64,000 bases of DNA from assembly GCF_009914755.1 (NCBI RefSeq), contig NC_060929.1, one strand, 5' to 3'. Position 1 is the first letter of the stretch. Each line of letters opens with the position of its first letter. The notes under the pieces are model-generated. The model was not told where the DNA came from and did no database searches. It worked only from the letters and a program-made list of their open reading frames with translations. The position numbers were made by a program, and so were the translations under genes. Source of the stretch: the human T2T-CHM13v2.0 reference genome, Homo sapiens. Of this stretch, positions 28,033-43,398 are shown piece after piece.

Positions 28033-28379
28033 AAGCCTGTGCTTTGCTGGTACCTAATCCATGCTTGGTTCAACCATTCAGGTTGATGATTTGTGACTGC
28101 CCAAAGGTCATCTCTATTTGTCATGACCACCATCACCAGAGACACTACCTTCAAACAGTGAACAATATGGTGCAGAAGATGTCTCCAAAAAACCCATTCT
28201 ATAAGAACTAGGTAGGTACGTGCTCTATGCCCAGCCTTTGCAGAGACAAAAGAAAAAAGAAGTAGGGCTTCTTGGAAAAACAGCTGAGTCTGGTTGTACA
28301 GCAAGTGAAGTACAGGTGTACCTGGAGTATCCCAGGTCAGAAAGCAAGGGAAAAATCAAAGACCAGGGAGTCATGTCTA

Positions 28380-28780
28380 AAAGACACATGTGCCAACAGA
28401 AAGGGGGTCCCATGGGCCAAACTTGGGACAACTGCCACATCAAAAAGAATAATGATAAGCATGGAGAGTCTAACATATTTAATGAAAAAAATAAATCTCT
28501 GAAACCACAGCAATACTCCACAAAAGGAGACCAGGGAAGGAAGAAAGGAGAAAAAAAGAAAAATCTCTTTTTTATCAGAGAACAGCAACCAATAAATGTA
28601 GAAGAAATGATCAAATTAGAAAACTGAGTCCATTAGGAATCATGAATAGATGCTAAGCCTACTGGGAGAAAGGATGCTGGGGAACAGGATCTCAGTGCAC
28701 CACCCACAGATGACTTAACATTTATGAAGAGGAAAATGTGACTTTAGAGTGAAGGGATGTGGTGGTCACCACGCCAGGGT
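28380..28780 (+). mobile_element. L1MC 3' fragment
   Basis: gggccaaacttgggacaa...aaattagaaaa...aaaggatgctggggaacaggat. Confidence 0.65.
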
Positions 28781-29063
28781 AAGGGTAAGTGTGTGGGTGT
28801 CAGAGTTGGAGCCCGGTCTGGAGCTGGGATCCAGGCAGGACAGGTTAGGTGTGGGATGGGGGACTAGTCATGGATCAGAGCTGGGACTCAGATATATTCT
28901 GGAACAGAGCCAAGGCCACAGGACCCCGGCAGGGACAACACTCACAGCCTCAAGCCCTACACCACAGCACTGGGCCCCGGCTGGCAGAGCTCTGACTTGG
29001 CCACCACCTGGTTTGCTCCTAGTGCTTCTTGCAGGGCTGCAGCATTTCTTTAAAGAGTAACGG

Positions 29064-29376
<313 letters not shown>

Positions 29377-30563
29377 AGAGTAAGGGGCATTTCCCACCAG
29401 GCCTAGATACTGGGGCAGCTCATTCAGGGACTAGGAGTATTCATCATCTCTGATCTGCAGGGCAGCGAAATGACTCTTTGCAGTGCAATTTTCCTTAAGA
29501 AGGCCCAGGGGCAAGTGTCCTGTTCTGAGCCGGGAGGGAAGCAACTGAGGCACGTGGGGCTGGGATATGTGTAACCCCCACTGCCCAGCCACTGACCATG
29601 CCCCCTTCCCTCTAGGGCCCGCAGCACGTCTTCTCCTGGCTCTCCTCCAGGGAAGACCTCACCTCGGCTCCTTCCCTGCTCCATCCTCCTGGTCACAGAC
29701 TCTCCCCTGCTGGGCATGAAAGCAGCCATCTGTCCTTCTTTGGCCTCTGAAAAGCTCAGGTGCAGGCAGTGTGAGGTCTGTGTCAAGAGTGACACAGGAG
29801 GTACAAATGCAGGTAGTCGGCTGTAGTCAGGTACTGTTTTTTCTGCCTCTTTTAACATTGTCTCAGGGCTTGTGACCAGCTCTGCTTCTTTCAGCCCTGG
29901 GGGCATACAGAGCTCTAGCTTTTAATAATTATCCTGAATCCACCCAGCCTCAGACAAAGGGAGCCGCTGCTATGATAAATGGGTCTGGATGGTGATCATT
30001 TGTGACTTGTATTAATATTTACAACAATAACATTTTTCATGGGTAGAATTTTTTTGTCACTGCAGGAAATGAAATGCAAATTAACAACTGTAAAGATTAT
30101 AACATAATGAAATAGGACATAAATGATAAAGAACTAATGAATTAAGTGGCTTCAAAGCATGGAGGGAAAATGTCCTTCAAAAGCAAACATGTATATACAG
30201 CAGGAGATTAATAATATGGGGAGAGGCCTCGGGAGCTCAGGTCTGGATTTTCCCCTTCCCAGGCGCTGACCTCTCCCACCTCCTTTTCTGACTCTGGCTT
30301 TACCACTGTCCACCCAGTTGCTTCAGCCAAAAAAACCTCAACACTCCATTCTCCCCGCAAGCCCCTCAGATCAATGTCTTCCCTCTTGAAGATTTCTGTT
30401 TCTCTTGAACCCATCATGCTGCCTATTCCTGAGTTCAGGAGCTCATTCTAATATCTGCCCTCCAGCCCACCTTTCAGGAGAGCCTCAGCCCCTTCAGTTC
30501 ATCCCCATCACAGCTCTTGGGGTGGAAGGTACAGGCATGGTCCTGTCATTTCCACCCCCCACC

Positions 30564-30879
<316 letters not shown>

Positions 30880-30923
30880 TAAATAAATAAGGAAAATAAC
30901 AAACCATCAAAAAAAAAACAAAA

Positions 30924-31693
<770 letters not shown>

Positions 31694-31884
31694 AAAAAAA
31701 TCCTCACCAGGGATTCTCCATTGTTTTCTCCTCCATCCCTCTTTGCACAACCTCAGATAAAGGCGACTGTTGTATGATGTCCCTATGGAAAGAGGAGTCA
31801 GTGCCACAGAGAACAGGTGTTCAGCTGGAGGGCACAGCCTCAAAATGATGGTGGGGGAGGTTCTCCCCGTGTGGATGTGGGTAC

Positions 31885-32240
31885 ATTGATGCTTTGGTCA
31901 GAACTGTTTGAGTTGCAAATGACAGACACCCAGCTCAAGCTGATTTGAGCAAAACTAGGAAATTATTGGCTGATGAAACTAAAAGACAGGGACTTGGGGC
32001 ATGGTTGAATGTGGAGCTGAAATGGCCTGGGACTCTGCCTCCCTCTGTGTCTTGCATCTGGCAATTCTGATCTGGTGCCAGCTGCTTACTTGGACTGGGA
32101 AAATGGCTACCAACAGCTCCAGACTCATTCCTCTCCCCAGCTAAGCACGGTAAGACAGAAGAGAGCTTGCTTCCTGTGCTCTGTGACTCTAAGTACCCTG
32201 GCTGTGCTCTGATCAGACCAACATGGGTCCTGTGCCTGCA
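31885..32240 (-). mobile_element. Old MLT1 LTR fragment
   Basis: gttgcaaatgacagacacccagctcaagctg...aaatggctaccaacagctcc. Confidence 0.7.
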
Positions 32241-32429
32241 CCATGGGCAACACAGTGGCCAGGGGTGAGAAGAAGCCAGGAGGTTCAGCCGCCAGCATGA
32301 AAACCCTCCTGGCTTTCCTCCCACCTCCCTGGCGGCTTCTTTCCAGAATCTTTGTGGATTCCACCTGGCCTGTGCCACTGCTTATCACTGGATGTCTGAG
32401 GATGCAAGCTTCAGGCTTCCTCTGCGTTT

Positions 32430-33360
32430 CACCAGCAATCATCAGCTTGCAACACTGCAGCTTCCTGACTTCAAATGTCCTTCATGTGCTCCCCAATTTT
32501 GTATCACCAGCCCCAACCCACCCTGAGCTGGAGGCTCACTTGACAGCCTCGCTTGCATTTCTAAGGGACATGACAAACCTCACGTTTCCAAGGGGGAAAT
32601 CCTGTCTTTAGCTGCAAGGCTGTTCTTCGTACATTCATCTGCCTCTCGATCAGTGGAAATGCATCCTCCCATTTGCTGATGCTGAAAGCCTCCTCACTGC
32701 CTCCCTCTCTCTCACTCCATATTCAAGTGGTCAGCAAACATTTCAAAATACATACCGTGTCGGACTCCTTCTGCCCCCTTTACCGTTTCTCACCTGGATT
32801 CTGCTGTACCAGCCTCCAACAGGGCCCCCTCCCCGCAGGCTGTTCATCACAACACAGAGTGCTCTTGTCAAAATGTGGGTGAGACGGTGGCATTTCTCTG
32901 CCCCATACCCCTCAATGGCCTCCCATCACCCTCTGAGCACCAGCCAAAGGCCCTACCTCAGCCCCCACCTCCAAATCCTCTCCTCTCTGCTCTAGTCACA
33001 GCAGCTTCTTGCTGCTCTTCAAACCCACCCACCAGTGCTTCTGCCTCAGGGACTCTGCCCTCTCCATTCCCTCTGCCGAGTTCCTCTCTCCCCTCCTTCA
33101 AGTACTTCCTCAGGTGCCACCTCCTCAGTTCTCCCCACTTCCATTCCGCCCACGTACACCCTGTCCCCTCCTCACTGTATTGTCCTCCCAACCATTCCAA
33201 CTTTCTAATGCAGTGGATATTTGATTTTTATTGTCTTTCTTCCTCCACCAACATGTAAAGTCCACAGCATGGGATTTTTGCCTGTTTTATTCACTGCTAT
33301 TTCCCAGGCACTTGGACAGCACCTGCCATGTAGAAGGTGCTCAATAGGCGTTTACTGGCT
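32430..33360 (+). mobile_element. L2 (L2a/b) 3' region
   Basis: cctcaatggcctcccatc...tttgcctgttttattcactgctatttcccaggcac...gtgctcaata. Confidence 0.8.
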
Positions 33361-33684
33361 TGGCCAGGCCTAGGTCTAATGCACTCCCGAAGGTGGGTTG
33401 GTATAGGTAGAGGGCCCCCAAACCATACAGCCTGAAAGGGATGGAGGGGAGGGTCCCCAAGGCAGGGCCTGCTCTGAACCATGTGGCAGAGTAGGACTCC
33501 ATCTCCAGGGTGGACTGCCCCCATCCCCACCCTCAGGGGCCCCTCCCCAGCCTGGCCTTCCTTGGAATTCTCCGACCCTGACCCACTGGTACTGAGCAAG
33601 GGGTTTGGAATTTGGAGCTGCAGGACCAGACTGTGTGACCTGGAGCCGATGAACCTCCGCTTCCTGCAAGCTGAACTCTCACAT

Positions 33685-34045
33685 TGTCTTAGTCAGCTCA
33701 GGCTGCTGTAAAAAAACACCACAGCCTGGGGGCTTAAACAACAGACGCTTGTTTCTCCCAGCTGTGGAGGCTGGGACTCCGAGGAGGCTGCCAGCATGGC
33801 CAAGTTCTGAGGAGGCCCTCTTCCTGGTTTGCAGGCTGCTGCCTTCTTGCTGGGTCCTCACATGGCGGAGAGAGGAAGCTCTGGTGTCTCTTCCTCTCCT
33901 TACAAGGGCGCTAATCCCATCAGGAGGGCCCCACTCACATGCCCTCCCCTCAACCCTCATCACCTCCCACAGGCTCCACTTCCTAATGCCTTGGCATTGG
34001 CGGTTAGCCTCTAACAGATGACTCTGGTGAGGACACAGGCATTTA
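33685..34045 (-). mobile_element. MLT1A-like LTR
   Basis: tgtcttagtcagctcaggctgct...ggcttaaacaacaga...cctcacatggcggagagag. Confidence 0.85.
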
Positions 34046-35641
34046 CTCGGTAACTCCCGTCCTGAAGAAAAACTCTGAAGGGAGGTGAAAGTGCTCTGTA
34101 AACGCTGAGTCCACGCTCCTGTAGGGTGTATCTGGATGGAAAAAGGTGCACTCGTGCCTAACTCCTCTCTTGATGTGCCGCACATGGCTCCTCTGTGCCT
34201 CCGTTACAGTCTGTGGCCCCAGGCCTCCCCACCACTGTTCCTGGCACAGCAGGGTCCCACCCTCTGGCCAAGCGCTCCACAGCACAGCCCGCAGCCCGGC
34301 GAGGGACAGCCCCACTCTGGACATAGGCTAAGAGATGGAGAGACGTTGCTGCAGTGTTGAAGCAGATGCTCCTGTGGCCCAGGAAGGCTCACCCGGGTCA
34401 TAAATCCCAGCCCAATGGTGTCCCCTACCCTCAGAGGCTAGAGAAGTCCTGCCTGAGGAGCCTCGGAGCCACGTGGGTGGGTGCTGGCTGGGCAGATTGT
34501 CCCCCAGTGCCTGCTCACAAGGCAGCCTGAGCAGATGAGCCCTTACAAACACTGATTCCATTTCCATACAAATGTCTGTGGTTGTAGCAAATACACGATG
34601 GGGAGACAGCAATGTGACATAACAGCCAAGTCAGTTCTGTAGAAGATGCTTCCTGGTGTTTGGGGGGCTTCAGAGAGCTGTGTTAGCCACCTGTCAGGAA
34701 TAGTGAGGGAACCAGATGGAGCTCTTTGGAGAGGCATCAAACAAGTTTGAGATAAATCTGCCTGGAAGGGGTAATGTAATCAGGCTCAGGGAGCTGCGGG
34801 TCGGGGTAGGCAGCGCTGTTCAGGAGAAGCAAATAATTAACCACAGACTGTTCCACTCAGCTCCAGGAGGGCAGCTGCCAGCTATGGGAGTTGGCTCCTT
34901 CCCCCAGAACGCCCATCCTGCTAGCGACACCCCAGGCACCCACCCCTCTAGAGCCCAGCCATCCTTCCCAAGAGGACCAGCCAGCACAAGAGCCCAGGAG
35001 GGTTTTGTTGCCAGGCCTGAGTCTTTAGCAGTGAGGTTTCAGCCCTAGGCCCTTCTCCCCTCCATGCCATCGTCTGAAAATGGTGAATGAGGGTCTTCCT
35101 TGTAAGGAAGATACCAAGGAATTGGATGGCATCCAAATTTCCCACTGCAGGATGTTTACTACTAGAAAGGAAAGAAGGAGGGAGAAAGGGAGGGAAGGGG
35201 GCGGCCTCCTAAAGTTCAAAACCAGAGGAAAACACAGGACTCGATGAAGTTAAATGGGCCCCCTTCCTGTAGGACTTAGAGATCCTGATAGATGTGTGTG
35301 GATCTATCAGGATCCTGATAGATCCTTCCCCTACATCCTCTGTGGGAGGAACAAAAGTTTGCAGATTTTTCACAAAGGATCTTGAGGACCTAGAGTCTTA
35401 GGATACATTTTGGAAAATGCTGGATCAGCCGGTTTTCTTTTTCAATGCCATGATTCAAATATAAATTAATAAATACCACTTTTACAGTCCACACTGATCC
35501 AGGGCATGGGACATGGACTCCAGGCAGGACAGCAGGGTTCCTGGCCCAGTGCTGTGTCACTATGAGCAAGTTATTTCACTCCACGCAGGCTCCGTTTCCC
35601 ATCAGTGACACGGTGATCATAACGCCGACTCCAGCACTTTA

Positions 35642-36324
<683 letters not shown>

Positions 36325-37127
36325 TTAAATAATGACAAATAAGAGAAAGGAGGGGAGGATTCAGGCTTCCACTCTGAACCGGGTCACTCAGGTTGCTGTC
36401 TGGCTTTGGGGAAGGGGAAGTTCAGCTCCCCGCAAATAAGCTTTTACCCTTGCTCCGGCCTATGCTGGATGAGGCTTTGATGGTGGCAGCTGTGGGTCCC
36501 CATGGACCCAGCCGGGTTTCTTCTCCATCAATACAGATGCTGGGGCGCTCCTCCCTCAGCCAGCTGCTCCCTATCTCCAAATTCACTTTGTGAATGAGAG
36601 AAAAAGGAAAGAATGTGAGAATCAGGTACTTTCCCCATTCAACTCTGACTCTCTGATTAACTATTTTTATCTTCCAGTTAAAATAGAGAAATAGGGGGTG
36701 GTAGAGAGTGATATAGAGTCCCTTGTGCTGATAAACAGACTTAAAATTCTAGTCAGAAACTTTTTAAGATGATTTAAAGGAAATCACTTTCTACTTTCTG
36801 GCTTGGACGTACAAAGTCCAATCTCAGTTTTGATCCCATAACACACAGAAACTTCTCAGCCAGACCAGTCCTCACACAGAGGATATGCACTGTCGGGCCC
36901 ACACAGGCCCCAGAGCCTGACCAAACTGGGGAGGCCCCAGGGACAGACCATTGAGAAGGCCAAGATCACAGACTTAAGGGCCAAGCTTCGAATATGTTTC
37001 CTTCTACTTGGACTTTTGGATTGAAAATCCTGTCCTAACCCTTCCTTCCTCTTTTGAGGACATCGTTCCAGCCTCTAGGAATGGAATCTAGTGCCTCCGG
37101 GTGGGCCAAGCCCTCCAATTCACCCCC

Positions 37128-37482
37128 TATATTAGTGTTCATAACCTGGGTGGCTTTAAACAAAAGAAAGGTATTCTCTCAGTTCTGGAGGCCAAGTCCA
37201 AAATCACAGTATCTGCAGAACCATGTTCCCTCTGAAGGCTCCAGGTAGAATCAATTCCCTGCGTCTCCTCGCTTCTGGATCTCACCAATCTCCACCTCCA
37301 TTGTCACATGGCCTTCTTATAAGGACACCAGCCGTTGATTTAGGGCCCACCCTAATCCAGTGTTACCTTATTTTAACAAACCTCATCTGTAAAGACCCTA
37401 TTTTCAAATAAAGTCACATTCTGAAATAATGGGGCTAAGACTGTAACATGTCTTTTGGATGGCACAGGTCAACCCACGACAG
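37128..37482 (-). mobile_element. MLT1 LTR (internally deleted)
   Basis: cagttctggaggccaagtccaaaatc...cttcttataaggacacc...gatttagggcccaccctaatccag. Confidence 0.85.
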
Positions 37483-38509
37483 TCCCCATACTGCCTCCAG
37501 TATGGGTACACATTCTCCAGCATCATCACAGTCTTACTCTGCTTTTTCCTCATCAGCACCTTAGACTTTGGCTGGAAGAACATTCTGGAAAGACAGGCTC
37601 AGGAGCTTTGCAGGCTCCTGGAACTGGGAAGAGTCCAGCGTATGTGGCAACTGGGCATTTGCATGTGTCACCCACAGTCTGGATCTCTCTCCTCAGCACA
37701 TCCGTGGGTCCCCACTCCGCTGAGAGACCGTGGGAGGCGTTCTGGAAGCACTACACGGTGCCTCCTCTCTTCTGAGGTAGCTCAGGCAGGGCCTTGGGCC
37801 TGTAAAGCTCTGCTGGCCACATTGGCCTCCTTACCAAGAGAAATGTTTCCAGTGGCTCTGAGCCCAGCAGTGAGTCACAGCAGGGTCCCCCACCAGCAAA
37901 TGTGCTGTTCCAGCTCCAATGACATTTTGAAGCTCCCTTCTCAAAGTTTCAGATGTGGTGGATGGAGGTGGACAGGAGCTTTGAGCCAAGCGAATGCAGA
38001 GGAAGTGTCAGGCTCAACAGTCCTGAATTGGAAGTGTTCAGACACCCACCCGGAAGATGGGGTGTGGAAAACCCAAGCAGCAGAGAAAGTGAAAACGCGA
38101 ACGGGCATGTGGGAGTCAGCTAGTGACGATATGATTTACGTTTGTGTCAGAGCCGCCGTCCCTGCACTGCGGTGGGTGGTTTGCTTTTGTTTGTTTTAAG
38201 TTCCAGCATTGCCACTGACTATGGGATCTTGGGCAAGTAGTTAGCCTCTATCTGTGCCTCAGTTCCCTTGTCTGTCAACCAGGGGCAGAAATACTGTCAC
38301 CTTAAAGGGTTGTGGGGAAGACTTGAACCCTTCAGGCAGGTAATTCAGGCAGGTAAAGAGAAGGTTAGCTCTAATCTGGCGCACACTACACCCTCGCTAA
38401 AGGGACAAGAGCTCTGAAAATGGGTGTTTGTGTCTAACTTTGGAGCTCTGGGTTGGGACACCTCCTTATACCCAAGCTGGGTCTTTGCACAGTGACTCGT
38501 GACAAATCA

Positions 38510-38900
38510 CGTTATCAGAGACATACATAAAGACCAATATGCAAGGACGTTTCCAGCAGCATTACTAATAATAGCAAAAAAAAAAAAAAAAAAAAAAAAC
38601 TGGAAACAACCCAAATAGCCCAAAAAAGGGGAAATGTATGATAGCAGATCCATGCAGGAGAATATTGTGCAGCTATTAAACAAAAGGCAGCAAACAGAAC
38701 TCTCTCTACAGTGGAACCCTCATCCTGTAAACTGCATATATTCATCACTAAACAGGCAAAATCATGACTGGAGGGAAAGAGACCCGAATGGCAATAGTGC
38801 TTCCTCCTGGGTGGTGGGGTTCTGGGTAAGTCTGGTCGTCTTTGCATTCTTCCATATTTTCTAAATTTTCTAAGACGAATTGCTTTTATAGTTAGGGGGA
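38510..38900 (+). mobile_element. L1ME 3' fragment
   Basis: cagcagcattactaataatagcaaaa...actggaaacaacccaaat. Confidence 0.75.
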
Positions 38901-39595
38901 AAAATGAGTAGGTGGTGTTTCATGAGCCACTTTCCAAGGCTGATGAGAAAGCCAGCATTGGTCAGGTTTTAGTGAGGCCTCTTTCCCTCCCTAGGGTCAT
39001 GCAATATTCTTGGGGGTCCTGTACACAGCAGAACATTCAGGGAAGAGTCTCACATCACCCCTGATGTGACAGCAAGGGTGGGCCTCTGCCAGATACCCCC
39101 CTGAGGTCCTGCCAGGTCTTAGCAAGTGCCTAGGCCAGGTGTACCATTCTCTATTGCTTGCGAAACCTGCACACTGAACCACCAGCCCCTTCCCAACTTT
39201 AGGAAAAGTGTCCCAAATCTTGCAGTGAGACCAAAACAGATTCATATCCAAATACACTGTCCCCTCACTGGGGTCAGAAAAGTGTGACAAGGACAATGGA
39301 CCACTGACCACTGCAGGAAGAAGCTCCAGCACCTACAGAATCAGGAAGCGTTGTGGAAAGGCCGAGGGAACCACAGCGTGAGGGCCAGGAAAGCAAGGGT
39401 GGGGTCCTGTGCAGCCCCTGAGTCTGGCACTGGGCTCAGAGGAGTAGCGAAGCCCAAGTGGAAGGAGGATACAGAGACTGCTGCGGTTAAGGGCACACTG
39501 GAGGGTTTGACCTGTCAGTCTGCAAAGATGGAGACAATGACTCCAAAGGAAACCATGGAGATCTGGAATGTGTGGCCCTGGGCCACATCTCCATC

Positions 39596-39946
<351 letters not shown>

Positions 39947-40379
39947 TGAGCCCAGATCTAGGGTTTCGAGGGGAGAAGGGGGACGGAAGATACTCTAGGG
40001 CTTCCCACATCCCAGGACCCTGATCCTGCACCTGTCAAGGTCAGTTTGCCCTCTTGGTGGCTGGACCTTGAGACTACTGGCCTGAAGACATTCAGTGTAT
40101 CTTCATTCAATTCAACGTATTTCTTCTCCATCAGATCAGAAAAATGGAATGGTCCTCTACCAGGAATAAGTTTGATTTGGTTTAAGCACAGCAGGGGCAA
40201 GAATGTGCCAGAGAGCTTTAACGTGTCTTCCTGGGCGACCTCCTGGGGCCCTCGCAGTCCCCAACAGCCTCTCCCGAGCTCTCACTGAGCCCTTGACCAT
40301 GCCGCCATCTGCTCCAGCTCCAGCCTTCTTCCTCTGCCCTGCACTTGAAGCAGGAGCTCTAAGCCCATTAGCTCATTTG

Positions 40380-40872
40380 TGCTATAAGGCCTAAAATGAA
40401 GGCCTACTATGTGCCACCGTGACAACTGGTAAAATTGGGAGGGCCTCGGATGGTCTAACCACAAGTTCCCCCTCCACCTCTGTTCCTGTGGATAAGGTCC
40501 TCTGGCCAGACAACCTCCTTATCCGGGAGACCAGATGCAGTTCCTGCTTCTCTCTGAGTTTCAGTTCCCTGCCAGCCCTCAGAACTATTCAGCCAAGTCA
40601 ACCACGTCCTCCCATGGGCAGCAGGGGCACCTCGCCCTCTTGGTACTACAAAGCCTGCTTCCACAGCCCCAGGTGGTTCACATTGCTCCTGAGTGTGACT
40701 CCCCTGTGGCTGGTGTGGAGTGCTGAGTCCTCCCTGGGGCTGTGAGCATATATGACTGATAAACTGCTGTCAACATATCTGTCCAGTGCTGGGTGTCAAG
40801 TGTTCACGCATCCCGTAACCATAGGGTGACATCCTCCCGCACTAATGGGGTGAAAAAGAATTGATTAAAGCA
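40380..40872 (+). mobile_element. MER74-like ERVL solo LTR
   Basis: gctgtgagcatatatgactgataaactgctgtc...atctgtccagtg...ggggtgaa...gattaaa. Confidence 0.75.
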
Positions 40873-42224
40873 CCTTAAGTTCTCCCAGTGGTGGGGAGGC
40901 TTGGTGGCTGGCCAGGGCTTGCAGAGCCAGTGAGGTAAGACATCCAGCAATGTGTACAAGTGGGAACTGGGCCTAGGGCTCCCTCAGCCTGAGGCTCTAT
41001 TCCCGAGAAAGGCTTTCCCCATGGGGCTGCCCCAGGCCCAGAGGTCTGGACCACATCCACTTACTTTATCAGGCCTCTTATAGATTAAAAACCAAAGACA
41101 TACCAAGATGCGGATATAAATCCTGTGGCAGGTTTTAAATGCTTACATTTAACAAATAACTGCTCCTAACATTAAAACCTCACTTGGAACCATCCCCAAC
41201 ATCTAAATATAAAGAGGCAATTGTGAATGTGAGGCTTAGGCCAGGAGGCTCCCTGCCCCCGGCCACCAGGCTGAGCCCCGTGTCTGGAGGGGCAGCATGT
41301 GGGCCACACTGCCTGCACCAGGCCTGCCCAACGACCATGCGGCCAGGGCTCCCCTCCCTCCTCACCCCTTCCTTCATTCCTCTTCTTTCCCTGCTCCTCC
41401 CTCCTCCTTCTCTATCCACTTCCCTTCCTCCTCCTCATCCCCACTTTCTCCTCCCACCCATCTTTCTCTCTCCCTGTACCCTCCTCCACTGCCTCTCCCC
41501 TCCGCTCCCACCCCCGCTCACACATCTGAGCCCTGAAAGCCTGTGGGGACCTTGTGGTCCCAGGTGGGCCCAACTGCTCACTGCTGCCTAACCCTCTCCC
41601 TCCCACCTGGGACCTGCTGGGTTGTGGCTTGTCCTAGGGGCGCCAACCTTCCAGATCTGCATGACCAGGTCTTCACTTTAACGCTGCTGGTGTGGTCAGC
41701 AAAGCCTGGACTCGTCAGGAAGGGCTTCATGATGCAGGAACTGCGGCGAGTCCTGTACCTTCGCTGTGGCCTCACCTCTGTGTCTCCTGACATCCTGACA
41801 CAGCCTGGAGCTTTGCCTCCCCACCTGACACTCCCGACACCCTAACAGACCACACTGCCCAGTTGCCCTTGCCCACGAAGGCCTCACCTCTCCACAACCT
41901 GCCTTGTAGAGTGTAAGGTGGCCTCTCTGTCCCCTGTGGCCCACTCCGGGTGACTGACACGATGGCACCAACCAGGATCCTGCAGGGCAGGCACCGCCTC
42001 TCCTGCCATCCCACTCCTGCCTGGCTAAAGATCACAGCCCAGTGCTCCCAGCTGTATGTCCTCAGGACACCCTGGCGCAAGGTCTGGCTGGCCCTTCCAC
42101 TTCCTTCAGCTGGACTGAGTTGTGGAGCTTGCCAGATGTTTCCAGAGAGGTGAAGGGAGGTCTCAGCTGTTGGAGTATGGGTGCTTCTAGTTTTAAAGAG
42201 GTGTGGGCTCTGCTAAAGTTTCCG

Positions 42225-42645
42225 TCTTTCATTCAGTCACACTCCCTGCACACCCACGGTGTGCCAGGCCCCATGCTAAGTGCTAGGGATACAGGGAGCA
42301 ACAGCCAGACAGTGCCCTGTCCTCAGAGCTTTCAATGATGGCAGGCATTCAGCCAGCAATGACAATGATACTCAACAATGAGTATATAATAACTATTAGA
42401 ATTTGAGGGACACAGGAGTGTACACCAGGGGCTCTGATTTCATCCAAGCCAGGGATGGAATGATAGGGGAAAGCCCATCTGCACAATTTTGGTTGGGATT
42501 TGAGGGGCAGATAGAAGAAGCTGGTCAAAAGAGTAAGAAAAGGAGGTCCTGTGGGGTCCTGGCAGGCAAGGGACCCCACAGGGAACCTGGGTTTCATGCA
42601 TATGAAGTCATGGAAGAAGGCTCCTGTGGCCACAATGTGGTGAGT
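42225..42645 (-). mobile_element. L2 fragment
   Basis: ttcattca...tgtgccaggccccatgctaagtgctagggatacag. Confidence 0.75.
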
Positions 42646-43398
42646 GGGGGCGGCCAGCAGGCTGAAGTCAGATCCCCCAGGCCTGGGATGCAGACCACTA
42701 CTTAAGGCTGAATTGCTTCAGGTGGAATCCTGGTGCAGGGTCCCAGGCCTGACCCCAGAGGCTGGCTCCTCCCCAAACTGCCCCCAGCCATGTGCTCTGT
42801 TCTTTCATGGTCTCAGAGAAGAAGCTGGTCAGGACAGAGGACCCTGAGGAAGGGCTCTCTGTTTAGACAGCTCCTATCCCACTCCTTCAGGCCAGTCCTG
42901 GTCATGCTCAGGACATGGACCAGGAGCAAAGCGCCATGCTCTGCCCCTCCCTGCATGTGCCAGCCCCACTGGTCACACCCCGATGGCCCTTACATACTTA
43001 CAGCTGTGCCACTGGGTAATTTAGCTCCCAGGGGTATTATATTTAAGGTTTTGTCAACAGGCTATTTATAAAATGCCTCTCAGGCGTGGAGAGGAAGCTC
43101 AGAGGGAGTAGGGGATGGGCACACTGCTCCTCCAGAATTATAGAGCTGCTAGAGAACCAGCTAGGACTGCAGAGGCAACAGGAATGTGTATGGTCATCAA
43201 GGTGGCTGTGGTCCGAGGACACATGCCCACCATCCTGGCAGCAGGGTGGCAGGTGTATGTGCTGAGACTGGCCTGCACTCAGGCTGTTCTCTGCACTGGC
43301 CACCTCAGGCCCCTCGCCCTCCCCATCTTCAGTTGTTCAGATCCCACCATTCTTCAACATTCAGCCAGGATGACCCCTCCTCCCCAAACCCCCACTGA

